From: an uncultured archaeon
GTDB taxonomy: Archaea > Asgardarchaeota > Lokiarchaeia > Sigyniarchaeales > SOKP01
Reading direction: 5' to 3'
Length of the DNA: 18,691 bases
Assembly (NCBI GenBank): GCA_964388035.1
Contig: CAYLZE010000102.1
Coordinates: 1-18,691, forward strand
This document shows, one piece after another, positions 8,079 to 16,111 of this stretch (position 1 is its first letter; each line of letters starts with the position of its first letter). The notes beneath the pieces are model-generated. The model was not told the DNA's origin, searched no databases, and saw only the letters and a list, made by a program, of their open reading frames with translations. Position numbers and translations under genes: made by a program.

Positions 8079-8825
8079 ATGGAAGGATTGATTGAATTCT
8101 TAGTAATACAAAATATTTTAGCTTTTATTGTTATCGCGATTAGTTCGGGAATCATATCGCGAACCTTGCGTCATTACGATTTAGGGCCGTTTAATACGAT
8201 ATGTAATATATTAGGATTTATAGGCATTATAGTACATGAGCTCTCTCATTATATTATGAGTCTTTTAGTTGGAATTCCTCCCGCTAAAATTGAATTTACC
8301 TATCGATGGATGAATGGAAGTGTTTCTTATAAAAAAGGAACTCAAAAAAGCTTCTTACAAGGTTTCTTAACCTCACTAGCTCCTATTCTAATCATAACAT
8401 GGTTAATTTATATTTGTATTGGAGAACTAATTATTTCGGTTTCTCCTCTCCGATTTTTCTTTTTCTTATTCTTGACTATCTCTTTATTAGTAGGCGCAAG
8501 ACCCTCAAGCCGAGATTTAAAAAATTTGGTCTATTGGTTTAAAAACGATATCCGATATTCCTTCTATCAAATCTTCTTAGTAATGTTATCTTTAATATGG
8601 ACAAGTTCCATCTTTAATTTATTGCTCTCGTTATTTGAAGATACATGGTTTGTTATAAGTCTTTTTGTATCTCTTTTCCTTTTTTACTATTTAACCAAAT
8701 ATGTAATAAAAGGTATCGCTTACTTAATTATTTTAATAACTCATCGCTTTTCTTTGAGTCCTTTAGCAATCGCGATGAAAGAAAGTAAATTAACTCCAAT
8801 TAAGAGAAAAAGAACTGAATTTTAA
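8079..8825 (+). CDS. Membrane zinc metalloprotease, M50B/zincin-like
   Basis: GIIVHELSH (HExxH) next to a TM helix; GSV, SLAP and PSSRD motifs; multiple TM segments. Confidence 0.8.
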   Translation: MEGLIEFLVIQNILAFIVIAISSGIISRTLRHYDLGPFNTICNILGFIGIIVHELSHYIMSLLVGIPPAKIEFTYRWMNGSVSYKKGTQKSFLQGFLTSLAPILIITWLIYICIGELIISVSPLRFFFFLFLTISLLVGARPSSRDLKNLVYWFKNDIRYSFYQIFLVMLSLIWTSSIFNLLLSLFEDTWFVISLFVSLFLFYYLTKYVIKGIAYLIILITHRFSLSPLAIAMKESKLTPIKRKRTEF

Positions 8826-8843
8826 CAAAAAGGTGATAAAAAA

Positions 8844-9188
8844 ATGAACAAATTATTTTGCTACTTTATACTATTTATTGCATTTTTAATTTCTTTCCAA
8901 ACAAATCCCATGGGCATTCTTATCATTGTATGTATCCCAGTTGGGCTCTATCTCATCAACCGAGTCAGAAAAAATCGAAAAAAGAATCAAGCCGGAGTGT
9001 CGGATTTAGAGACCTTACTTGCTCTCGTTTTAAATACTCAGTTGAATGCCCGAAATGATGGACAAGGAAGTAGTGTTGATGATAAAGCAATGCAATGGAA
9101 TGATAAAACATCATATTTTCCAGCAGAAAATCCTGATGAAAAAGAAGCCAGAATGGTATTGGGAGAATTAAGGAAAAATAGTAACTAA
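8844..9188 (+). CDS. Small membrane protein (N-terminal TM hairpin, basic patch, acidic tail)
   Basis: GGTGA SD-like sequence at 8832-8836; hydrophobic residues 4-38; 18 nt after the protease gene. Confidence 0.7.
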   Translation: MNKLFCYFILFIAFLISFQTNPMGILIIVCIPVGLYLINRVRKNRKKNQAGVSDLETLLALVLNTQLNARNDGQGSSVDDKAMQWNDKTSYFPAENPDEKEARMVLGELRKNSN

Positions 9189-9205
9189 AAAAAAAAGCAC
9201 GCATT

Positions 9206-9916
9206 ATGATAAATAATATTGATGAGCAAAACATATTATTGCGTTTCAATTTAGCTTTAAAGCAATATCCCTTTATTCATATTTACGGAAAGGGAGGAAT
9301 GGGTAAAACTACCCTCGTTTTATATTTGCTCTCTCGTTTACTAAAAAATGATGAGACCTGTTTGTGGGTCCAAGCATCAAATTTATTCCCAAAGCGCAGG
9401 TTATCCCAAATGGTTGCAGATTTTCCTGAAAGGTTAAATCACCTTCAAAGTCACTTCTTAATTCTTCCCAATACGGGAATTATAAAGGATTTTAAAGAGC
9501 AAGAATATCTTCTACGAAAAGTATCTCATGCATATTTAGAGAAAATTCCGGGATTAAGTTATTTAATAATCGATACTATATCGCATCACTTAAGATATCA
9601 TTTATCTTTGGAAAAGGAAATGAATGCGAGAGCCAGGATTGTCAATGATTTCTTTGAACAGCATTTATTTCCCCTTTTAATGAAATGCTCATTGAATAAG
9701 GTCTCTCTTTTCTTGATTCATGAAGTATCTTCCGGTCGTGAAAAAGGAACCAAAATGTTTTACGATACACTTTTTTCCAGAATAAAAGGTATTACAATTG
9801 AATTGTATTCGGATTTCTTTAATCACCATAAATACATGAAAATTAAGATGAATGGACGAATTACTAATTTTGAATATAAAATAAATTCGGAGGGATTTAT
9901 TTTTTCGTCCCTATAA
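9206..9916 (+). CDS. RadB/aRadC-like RecA-family ATPase (core only), divergent
   Basis: Walker A GKGGMGKTT; CLWVQASNLFPKRRLSQM matches IYIDTExxFxxxRLxQ; Walker B LIIDTI; LIHEV at the TNQV position; no N-terminal domain. Confidence 0.8.
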   Translation: MINNIDEQNILLRFNLALKQYPFIHIYGKGGMGKTTLVLYLLSRLLKNDETCLWVQASNLFPKRRLSQMVADFPERLNHLQSHFLILPNTGIIKDFKEQEYLLRKVSHAYLEKIPGLSYLIIDTISHHLRYHLSLEKEMNARARIVNDFFEQHLFPLLMKCSLNKVSLFLIHEVSSGREKGTKMFYDTLFSRIKGITIELYSDFFNHHKYMKIKMNGRITNFEYKINSEGFIFSSL

Positions 9917-10003
9917 TAATTTAAAAAAATAAAGATACATTATTGGGAGCATCATTTTTGTGGGCATTCAGTGATTATAGTCCTTTTATCTGTTTATTGA
10001 GTC

Positions 10004-10017
10004 TTTTTTCTTTAAAT
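10004..10017 (+). promoter_or_regulatory. Shared motif TTTTTTCTTTAAAT
   Basis: About 70 nt upstream of FEN1 ATG 10087. Confidence 0.55.
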
Positions 10018-10086
10018 GGATGGGAAAAAGTTTCCTTAATAGCAACTAAGTTTTTTTATTATTACAAGACCGGAACATGGAATAAT

Positions 10087-11169
10087 ATGGGAGTAAAAAT
10101 TACAGAGCTTTTAAAATATCAGGACATTACTTTTTCTGACCTAGAAGGAAAAATAATTGCAGTGGATGCATCCAATATCTTGCTAAGTTTTCTCAATTTT
10201 TCTCCAAAAAATACGGATAATATATTTATTGATAAGACCCAGAGAGTCATCAATCATCTTTATGGCCTTTTATATCGAATTCATTTTTTTTATTCAATAA
10301 AGGTCTTACCTCTCTTTTGCTTTGACGGAAAGATTTCCGAATTAAAGCGGATTATTACTAAAGATCAACTGAATGACTATTTGTTTACAAAAAAAATGTA
10401 TCGAAATGCCATGAAAAGAGAGGATTATGCATCAGCCCGTCAAATTGCCATGAGCAAGGAGTTTTTATGGTCCAATGTTATAGAAGAGTCGAAAAAGTTG
10501 TTAAGTGGACTAGGGGTGCCTTATATAGAATCCCCTTCCTCTGCTGAAGCCCAATGTGCATATTTGGTTAAAAACCATCACGTGGACTATATGAACTCCC
10601 AGGACTTTGATTCTCTCCTGTTCGGAAGCCCTTATATGATACAAAATGTTTCCAAATCGCTTAAGAAAAAAGTACGAGGGCGCTGGACATATCAAAAGAT
10701 TCAACCAAAGCTATTTAATTTAGAGGATTGTTTAATTCACATGAATATCAATTACTTTCAATTTATAGATTTGGCCCTATTACTGAAAACCGATTACTTT
10801 CATGGAATTAAAGGCATCGGCCCACATAAAGCTTTGAAATTGATAAAATTGCATGGGTCAATCGAGAATTTAATAAAAAAAGAACAGAAAAACTATGACT
10901 TTAATGCCCTCTCTCCTTCCATTATTAAAGAAGTGAGGAAAATCTTCTTGTTTCCTGATGTCATAGATCCGGAAGCGGCATTCACCTGGACAGCTCCGAT
11001 TAGATTAGCTGTGCAACGTTTATTGTGCAAGGATCATCATTTAAATACTGAAAGAGTATATAAAAATTTAGATAAGTTGATTGAAAAATATCACGCTTGC
11101 ATTAAAAATTTTGAAGTATTAAGAGCTGAAAAAAAGAAAACTCAATTAACTTTGGACCAATTATTCTAA
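10087..11169 (+). CDS. fen: Flap endonuclease 1 (FEN1/XPG family) paralogue, 360 aa
   Basis: MGVKI start, IAVDA, FDGK, AEAQ, SQDFDSLLFG, TDY..GIKGIGP H3TH motif, C-terminal PIP box QLTLDQLF. Start reset to the family-typical MGV. Confidence 0.92.
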   Translation: MGVKITELLKYQDITFSDLEGKIIAVDASNILLSFLNFSPKNTDNIFIDKTQRVINHLYGLLYRIHFFYSIKVLPLFCFDGKISELKRIITKDQLNDYLFTKKMYRNAMKREDYASARQIAMSKEFLWSNVIEESKKLLSGLGVPYIESPSSAEAQCAYLVKNHHVDYMNSQDFDSLLFGSPYMIQNVSKSLKKKVRGRWTYQKIQPKLFNLEDCLIHMNINYFQFIDLALLLKTDYFHGIKGIGPHKALKLIKLHGSIENLIKKEQKNYDFNALSPSIIKEVRKIFLFPDVIDPEAAFTWTAPIRLAVQRLLCKDHHLNTERVYKNLDKLIEKYHACIKNFEVLRAEKKKTQLTLDQLF

Positions 11170-11432
11170 ACTAATAAAATAATGGTTTTCATTTTCCAAA
11201 TGGATATTTAGACAAATAGTGAGGGTTTTATTTGCTCTATTCTTTACCCTATCTGCAAAGAAAATAGTCCCCTTTTTTTGATAATTTTACAGAGTTATGA
11301 TTTAAGCTTATTGCCTTCAATATTTAAAAAATGATTAATTAGTATAAGCTCATGAAATTCGAAAGAGGGGTATTTTAAATATTATTGATATACTTTTTAA
11401 AGAAGAGAAATATTTCAAGTCAGAGGAGAGAA

Positions 11433-11447
11433 TTTTTTCTTTTTATA
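11433..11447 (+). promoter_or_regulatory. Variant of shared motif, TTTTTTCTTTTTATA
   Basis: About 87 nt upstream of TTG 11535. Confidence 0.4.
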
Positions 11448-11534
11448 GAGGGGATCTATTTGGGTAGCAAGCAGCTTTTTTAGATTTCTCCTGGAAAAAA
11501 TAACCTAAAAAATACTCAAAATTGGTGATAAAAG

Positions 11535-13283
11535 TTGGATACGGGGAGTGATTTCATTACAGCTGAGTTTCTTCATCTCATTTTCTTCAAGCAAAAAAGC
11601 GTGCTTATTTACCCCCACGTGGATATAAAGCATTTAAATGCTTTGGAAATATTTGCTGTAGGGCACGATATCATTCCCATTGATAAGACTGCATTAAATA
11701 GCGTTGAGGATATCCTGGAATCGAACATTTACTCAACAGTTCCTAATCTTTACATTATCTATAACTTGTCCACGGAAGATGTAGAAAATTTAACGCGTTA
11801 TAATAACCTTCATTGTATACTGAATTCTTCAGAAGATATGAAGAAAATAAGGGATGTAATAGGAGATTCTATTGTCATTTATAATAAAAAAACAAAGAAA
11901 TTTCTCAATTATGATTTTATCAAGGAAGATATCACTTTTGAAAATAATTTAATATCGGCTTGCAAAACCCCGGATCTATTAAGGGATGAAATATTAAAAA
12001 TCAAGATTTTAGCTGGAAAAATGTTTGCCCTTCTCAGTGAGGGCAAACCAATGAAAATGATGATGGATCTCATTGCGAGAGAATATAAAGAAGAACAAGA
12101 ACAGAAAAAAATTTTAGAATTCATGCAAAATTATTATGAAGTTACACTTCCCGATGTAAATTCCTTAATAAAATCGAATGATTTGATAGAAAAAGGGGGA
12201 GAACCTCAATATTGGGATCCCCCATCTTTCACATATCAAGATGAATATAATAAAATTAAAGAATTATCGGGACACCTCCCCCGCGATTTTATTTCATGCA
12301 TGCGTGATTATTGTGAAAAAAAAGTGAATTGCTCTAACTTGGACCTACAAGAATTGATAAATCCCGAAAGAATGTATTTTTATTTACGGAAGCATCATTG
12401 GAACAAGGGAATTCCAGATGAGTTTCTAAAAGAGTGGTTGACCTCTAAACAAATGGATGAGGCTCAAAAAGAGATTTTATTAAATTCATTAGGTATTTCA
12501 AGAGAAAAGATCGATTTATTCACAGCTCAGATCCCTTCCGATTCTGGGGTTGAGATTTCTAAGAGAAAAGTAGTCAAAACTGGAAAGAAACAAGCAAAAC
12601 TAGATCTTATACAAGATGAAATTAAGAAAGTTTCGGAAGGGGAGGAGGTCTCTTTATTAGAAGAGCCAATTAACTTTGAAGTCGAACCTGACTATCTTGA
12701 ACAACCCCTTATAGATGAGAAGGTTGATTTTATTGAGGAAAAAACCGTGGAGAAACTTCAAAGCTCCGCCAACCTCCCATTATCAGAAAAAAGTTCAAAT
12801 ATAACTGAGGCATCTTTTGATCTCTCCGCTATTTCTTCTCACCTTTATTCACTAATTTCTACTATCGAGGTAAAACTTGAGGCATTAAATAATTATTTGA
12901 TTTATCAGCAGCAAAAAGAATTAGATGTTTTCGAAAACATGTATCAACACGGTGAAGATTGTATAAAACAAGGCAAGGAAGAAATAGGATTCAGGAACAA
13001 ATATTTAGCTATTGGGCTTCTTTCTAAATTCCTATGCGTTAAACATGTGGGAAAACGGAATGCAATAAAAAAGATTGATGAAGATGATCTCGCAACCTTG
13101 ATTAAAATTCTTGAACAATCTCTCCACGAGCCAATAGCTTACCATAAAAACATAGAGTATATTGCTAATTTATACAATGAAATTTTAAATGGAAATGAAT
13201 CATTCAAGCTAGATTCGGAAAAATTTAGAAAAATTGACCATTTTATGACAGAATTACATTCTCGTTTATTGAATTACACATAA
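11535..13283 (+). CDS. Large hypothetical protein (582 aa), possible degenerate HEPN-like C-terminal domain
   Basis: Long ORF; GGTGA SD-like sequence at 11524-11528 before TTG; acidic linker; helical C-terminus. Confidence 0.75.
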   Translation: MDTGSDFITAEFLHLIFFKQKSVLIYPHVDIKHLNALEIFAVGHDIIPIDKTALNSVEDILESNIYSTVPNLYIIYNLSTEDVENLTRYNNLHCILNSSEDMKKIRDVIGDSIVIYNKKTKKFLNYDFIKEDITFENNLISACKTPDLLRDEILKIKILAGKMFALLSEGKPMKMMMDLIAREYKEEQEQKKILEFMQNYYEVTLPDVNSLIKSNDLIEKGGEPQYWDPPSFTYQDEYNKIKELSGHLPRDFISCMRDYCEKKVNCSNLDLQELINPERMYFYLRKHHWNKGIPDEFLKEWLTSKQMDEAQKEILLNSLGISREKIDLFTAQIPSDSGVEISKRKVVKTGKKQAKLDLIQDEIKKVSEGEEVSLLEEPINFEVEPDYLEQPLIDEKVDFIEEKTVEKLQSSANLPLSEKSSNITEASFDLSAISSHLYSLISTIEVKLEALNNYLIYQQQKELDVFENMYQHGEDCIKQGKEEIGFRNKYLAIGLLSKFLCVKHVGKRNAIKKIDEDDLATLIKILEQSLHEPIAYHKNIEYIANLYNEILNGNESFKLDSEKFRKIDHFMTELHSRLLNYT

Positions 13284-13296
13284 TTTCAGAAGTAAA

Positions 13297-13926
13297 TTAG
13301 GAAAGCTTACTTTTATTGATATTCAATTTGTTTCTTGCCTGATGAAATGCATAAGCTGAGGAATTGCAAAGCAAAATGATGTTATTCTGTACCAAGCATT
13401 TTTTATTTCCTTGCTGTACCGCAAGACTGCGCAGATCCGTTATAAAGACAATGAGTGCTAATTGGGTACTTAAGGTTGGCCAATAATTCATCTGAGTAAG
13501 TATTTTTAAAAGAGTCTCTGCATTTGTAAGAGCTCGCTCTAGGTTGAAGATGTCTGCAAAATCATGCATCATTTCCAAATATTCTTTTAGAAGAATTAGC
13601 CTGATTTGAAGTAATTCTTCTCTCGAACGTAATCGAGTGTTCAAAAAACAACATTGCATTTTTACGTTCTTTCTATAATATTCCTTAAACTTTTGCCATT
13701 GAAGCATGAATTCAGAGAAAATTGCTCCTATATCCTCAAATCTAAGTTTTTTTGGGATAAATGCATTTCGGATTTTTTCTAAAAGTAGTTCAAATATGGA
13801 GGTGGTTATTTTTTTATCTAGAAAGCTCGTTTCCCTGAAAATGTAATTTATTATCTGTTTTTTCAATTGAGGATCAAATTTCTTTTCCTTTTCAGTAAGA
13901 AAAATGTCCCTTTCTAATGTACTCAT
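13297..13926 (-). CDS. Hypothetical protein with TFIIB-like cyclin-fold C-terminus, no Zn ribbon (about 209 aa)
   Basis: WPTLSTQLALIVFITD...LVQNNIILLCNSSAYAFHQARNKL resembles TFB repeat 2 (P.GxAAAxxYxA...TQxxIAxxxxVxxxTIRxxxKxL). ATG 13926 preferred over TTG 13974. Confidence 0.6.
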   Translation of the reverse strand: MSTLERDIFLTEKEKKFDPQLKKQIINYIFRETSFLDKKITTSIFELLLEKIRNAFIPKKLRFEDIGAIFSEFMLQWQKFKEYYRKNVKMQCCFLNTRLRSREELLQIRLILLKEYLEMMHDFADIFNLERALTNAETLLKILTQMNYWPTLSTQLALIVFITDLRSLAVQQGNKKCLVQNNIILLCNSSAYAFHQARNKLNINKSKLS

Positions 13927-13976
13927 TTCTCTCAGTTCTAAGATAATGATTAATTGAAAGAAAATTAGATCCAAAG

Positions 13977-13991
13977 TATTTAAAAGAAAAA
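13977..13991 (-). promoter_or_regulatory. Shared motif TTTTTCTTTTAAATA
   Basis: 50 nt upstream of ATG 13926. Confidence 0.55.
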
Positions 13992-14043
13992 GCGATTGGA
14001 ACTTTTAAAAAAAAAATGATAAGTAAAGAGAGAAAAAAATCAT

Positions 14044-14670
14044 TCATTTTAAAACATTAAACAAGACCCTTCCGATTAAATCTTTAAAACAAAGTAGGAT
14101 ATTTTTACCTTCTAATGCAATGCTGGGATAAATAACAAGCGTCCCATCAGGGTACTTTTCTTCCTCTGGTAATCCCAAATCTTTTTTAAATTGATCTATT
14201 GGAATTGCATCTTCTAAATCCCGTTTATTCAATTGTATCACATAATGAATAGCTTTGGAGGACGTGAAACTCATTAACTCACGATAACTTCTTTTATTTT
14301 CTTCCCTTTTTTTTGGATCTGAATCCGCTACGAACACAATACCATCTGCTCCATCTAAAACATATTCTCTAGTAGAAAGGAACCGTTCTTGTCCCGTACA
14401 CGTGACTATTTGAATAAAAATGGTGAGCAATGTATCATTTATTTTAAAAGTGAACTGCAGATACATGCTATCTTTCCATAACGTCCTTCCATCTGTTGTT
14501 TCAATAGATAAACTCTTGGAAATTCTTTTTGAATTTAATTCTCTTTTTAAGATATTGTAACTGGTAGTTTTTCCTGATTCTCCAGGACCCCAATAGACAA
14601 TTTTAAATTGGAGTGCGGAATTTAATGGATGAATTATTTTAGAGGTGGTCTTCATGCTCTCTATGGACAC
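14044..14670 (-). CDS. mglA: MglA-like small GTPase
   Basis: KIVYWGPGESGKTT (G1); GRTL with the MglA-type Arg; TCTGQ (G3, cf. TVPGQ); GADGIVFVADS; NKRD (G4). Confidence 0.9.
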   Translation of the reverse strand: MSIESMKTTSKIIHPLNSALQFKIVYWGPGESGKTTSYNILKRELNSKRISKSLSIETTDGRTLWKDSMYLQFTFKINDTLLTIFIQIVTCTGQERFLSTREYVLDGADGIVFVADSDPKKREENKRSYRELMSFTSSKAIHYVIQLNKRDLEDAIPIDQFKKDLGLPEEEKYPDGTLVIYPSIALEGKNILLCFKDLIGRVLFNVLK

Positions 14671-14676
14671 CTCCCT

Positions 14677-15219
14677 TTAAAGAATACTCCCCAATTCTTT
14701 TCCAAATAAAGTATCTTTAACATTTCGGATGTATTCTTTTAATTCTGTCTCGTTCATACTTAACGTTTTTTTAATATAACTGTTATTTTCAATTTCTGAT
14801 CGAATCTTATTAGCATATTGATTCATTTGAAGTATAATTAATCCGATATTCACGTCTTTATCCGTTAAAATAATGATCAAGATCTCTCTTTTTTTCTCGG
14901 GAGTGATTTGGACTTTTCCGATGGACTTCACGAAGATCTGAAGATCATTATAAATGAGAGAAGCGCGTTCTAATTCATTCGCATCGAAAAAGTCTTGCCC
15001 CTGGCGCGCCACGCCATATAATGCGGCGCCGATGGAGCTCAAGTCCCAATAATTCAGCTTGCGGTCGAACTTGGTATCGATGGCAATGAGTTTTGCGTCC
15101 TGATCGATGGCAATTAGTCCGTAGGTATATCCTTTTCGCATCAACTTGCTGTAATTGTAACGCATCTCGTCCAAGATTTCCGCTATTTTATTTTTCCATA
15201 ATACTTGGGGTGTTTGCAT
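14677..15219 (-). CDS. mglB: Roadblock/LC7 (MglB-like) protein with C-terminal helical extension
   Basis: LIAIDQDAKLIA...LSSIGAALYG...IFVKSIG...ILIIILTDKDVNIGLIILQM Roadblock pattern; 6 nt upstream of mglA. Confidence 0.82.
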   Translation of the reverse strand: MQTPQVLWKNKIAEILDEMRYNYSKLMRKGYTYGLIAIDQDAKLIAIDTKFDRKLNYWDLSSIGAALYGVARQGQDFFDANELERASLIYNDLQIFVKSIGKVQITPEKKREILIIILTDKDVNIGLIILQMNQYANKIRSEIENNSYIKKTLSMNETELKEYIRNVKDTLFGKELGSIL

Positions 15220-15231
15220 ATTTTTTTATCC

Positions 15232-15257
15232 TCAATCAAGTTGTACATGTTGATTGA
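15232..15257. promoter_or_regulatory. Inverted repeat TCAATCAA-N10-TTGATTGA, candidate operator or leader hairpin for mglB
   Basis: Perfect 8-bp arms between the promoter motif and the start codon. Confidence 0.45.
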
Positions 15258-15274
15258 ATGTAGAATATTCTCGT

Positions 15275-15335
15275 AATATTTAAAGAAAAAATTAGACCCA
15301 ATTTGAATGAACTTAATAATTTTTCTTTAAATATT
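15275..15335. promoter_or_regulatory. Back-to-back copies of the shared motif forming a perfect 16-bp inverted repeat (TTTTTCTTTAAATATT)
   Basis: AATATTTAAAGAAAAA at 15275-15290 and TTTTTCTTTAAATATT at 15320-15335, each facing one divergent gene. Confidence 0.7.
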
Positions 15336-15354
15336 CAGAAAAGATCTTTTAAAC

Positions 15355-16077
15355 GTGAAAGAGATGGATCAACATTCATATAATTTTTTTGGACAAAAAA
15401 CCGCTCTTTTTTTTAATTCTCCTTCGAAATTTGATTCTCACGTGTTCTTTAGGGTGATAAAAAAGAAAAATAATGAAACGTGGGAAAAACCTTCCCAAGG
15501 GGAGGGAGTAATAATACGATTATCCTTGGAAGAACAAGTTCAAGTATTAGACGTCCTCGAACAGAAGGCGGACTCATGGAGTGGATATCATAAGTATAAA
15601 GGAAATGGAACGCCCATAAAAGTTGCCTGGAAAAAGGACAAGGAGCCGGAAAAAAATACTATTTGGATTAATATCGGGAATTATTCCAAAATGTTGAGTG
15701 CTCCTGAAATTCAGATTCTTAAAATGTTAATGAGTCATATTTTAGAGGAAAAGATTGCATTTGCTACTTTTTCAAAAAAAAATCCCCAACAAAGTAAAAG
15801 ATCAAATAATAAGGAGCTAAGTTCATTAAAAGAAGCCCCTTCTGAACACCAAGACGCATCTTCGTCATCCACGATTACTTCTAAAAAAAGACCTCCATCT
15901 TATAATGAGTTTACCTGCTTGACTGAAAAAGGCAGAATCTTGCGGGAATATGATGATTGTGTGGAAATTCAATTTATAACCGGAGAGATCAAGAAAATAC
16001 CTCTTGAAGCTATTAAATCTCCATTTAATAGAAACATGAACGTACAAGAATTTTCTTATGATTCTTCCATCATATAA
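15355..16077 (+). CDS. Candidate Whirly/PC4-superfamily single-stranded nucleic-acid-binding protein with extra C-terminal domain
   Basis: Duplicated strands-then-helix pattern: GQKTAL...W...IIRLSLEE...YH...KMLSAPEIQILK. ATG 15364 is an alternative start. The CDS is solid; the fold call is tentative. Confidence 0.6.
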   Translation: MKEMDQHSYNFFGQKTALFFNSPSKFDSHVFFRVIKKKNNETWEKPSQGEGVIIRLSLEEQVQVLDVLEQKADSWSGYHKYKGNGTPIKVAWKKDKEPEKNTIWINIGNYSKMLSAPEIQILKMLMSHILEEKIAFATFSKKNPQQSKRSNNKELSSLKEAPSEHQDASSSSTITSKKRPPSYNEFTCLTEKGRILREYDDCVEIQFITGEIKKIPLEAIKSPFNRNMNVQEFSYDSSII

Positions 16078-16111
16078 TTTACCTAAATCCAATGAATGCA
16101 ATCAAAACATC

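Noticed and set aside
9943-10086. N-terminal extension of FEN1
   Set aside because: The family begins at MGV, and this segment contains the promoter motif.
15275-15335. 16-bp inverted repeat as MITE ends or terminator
   Set aside because: It lies between divergent genes and the same sequence recurs singly upstream of other genes, so two promoters explain it better.
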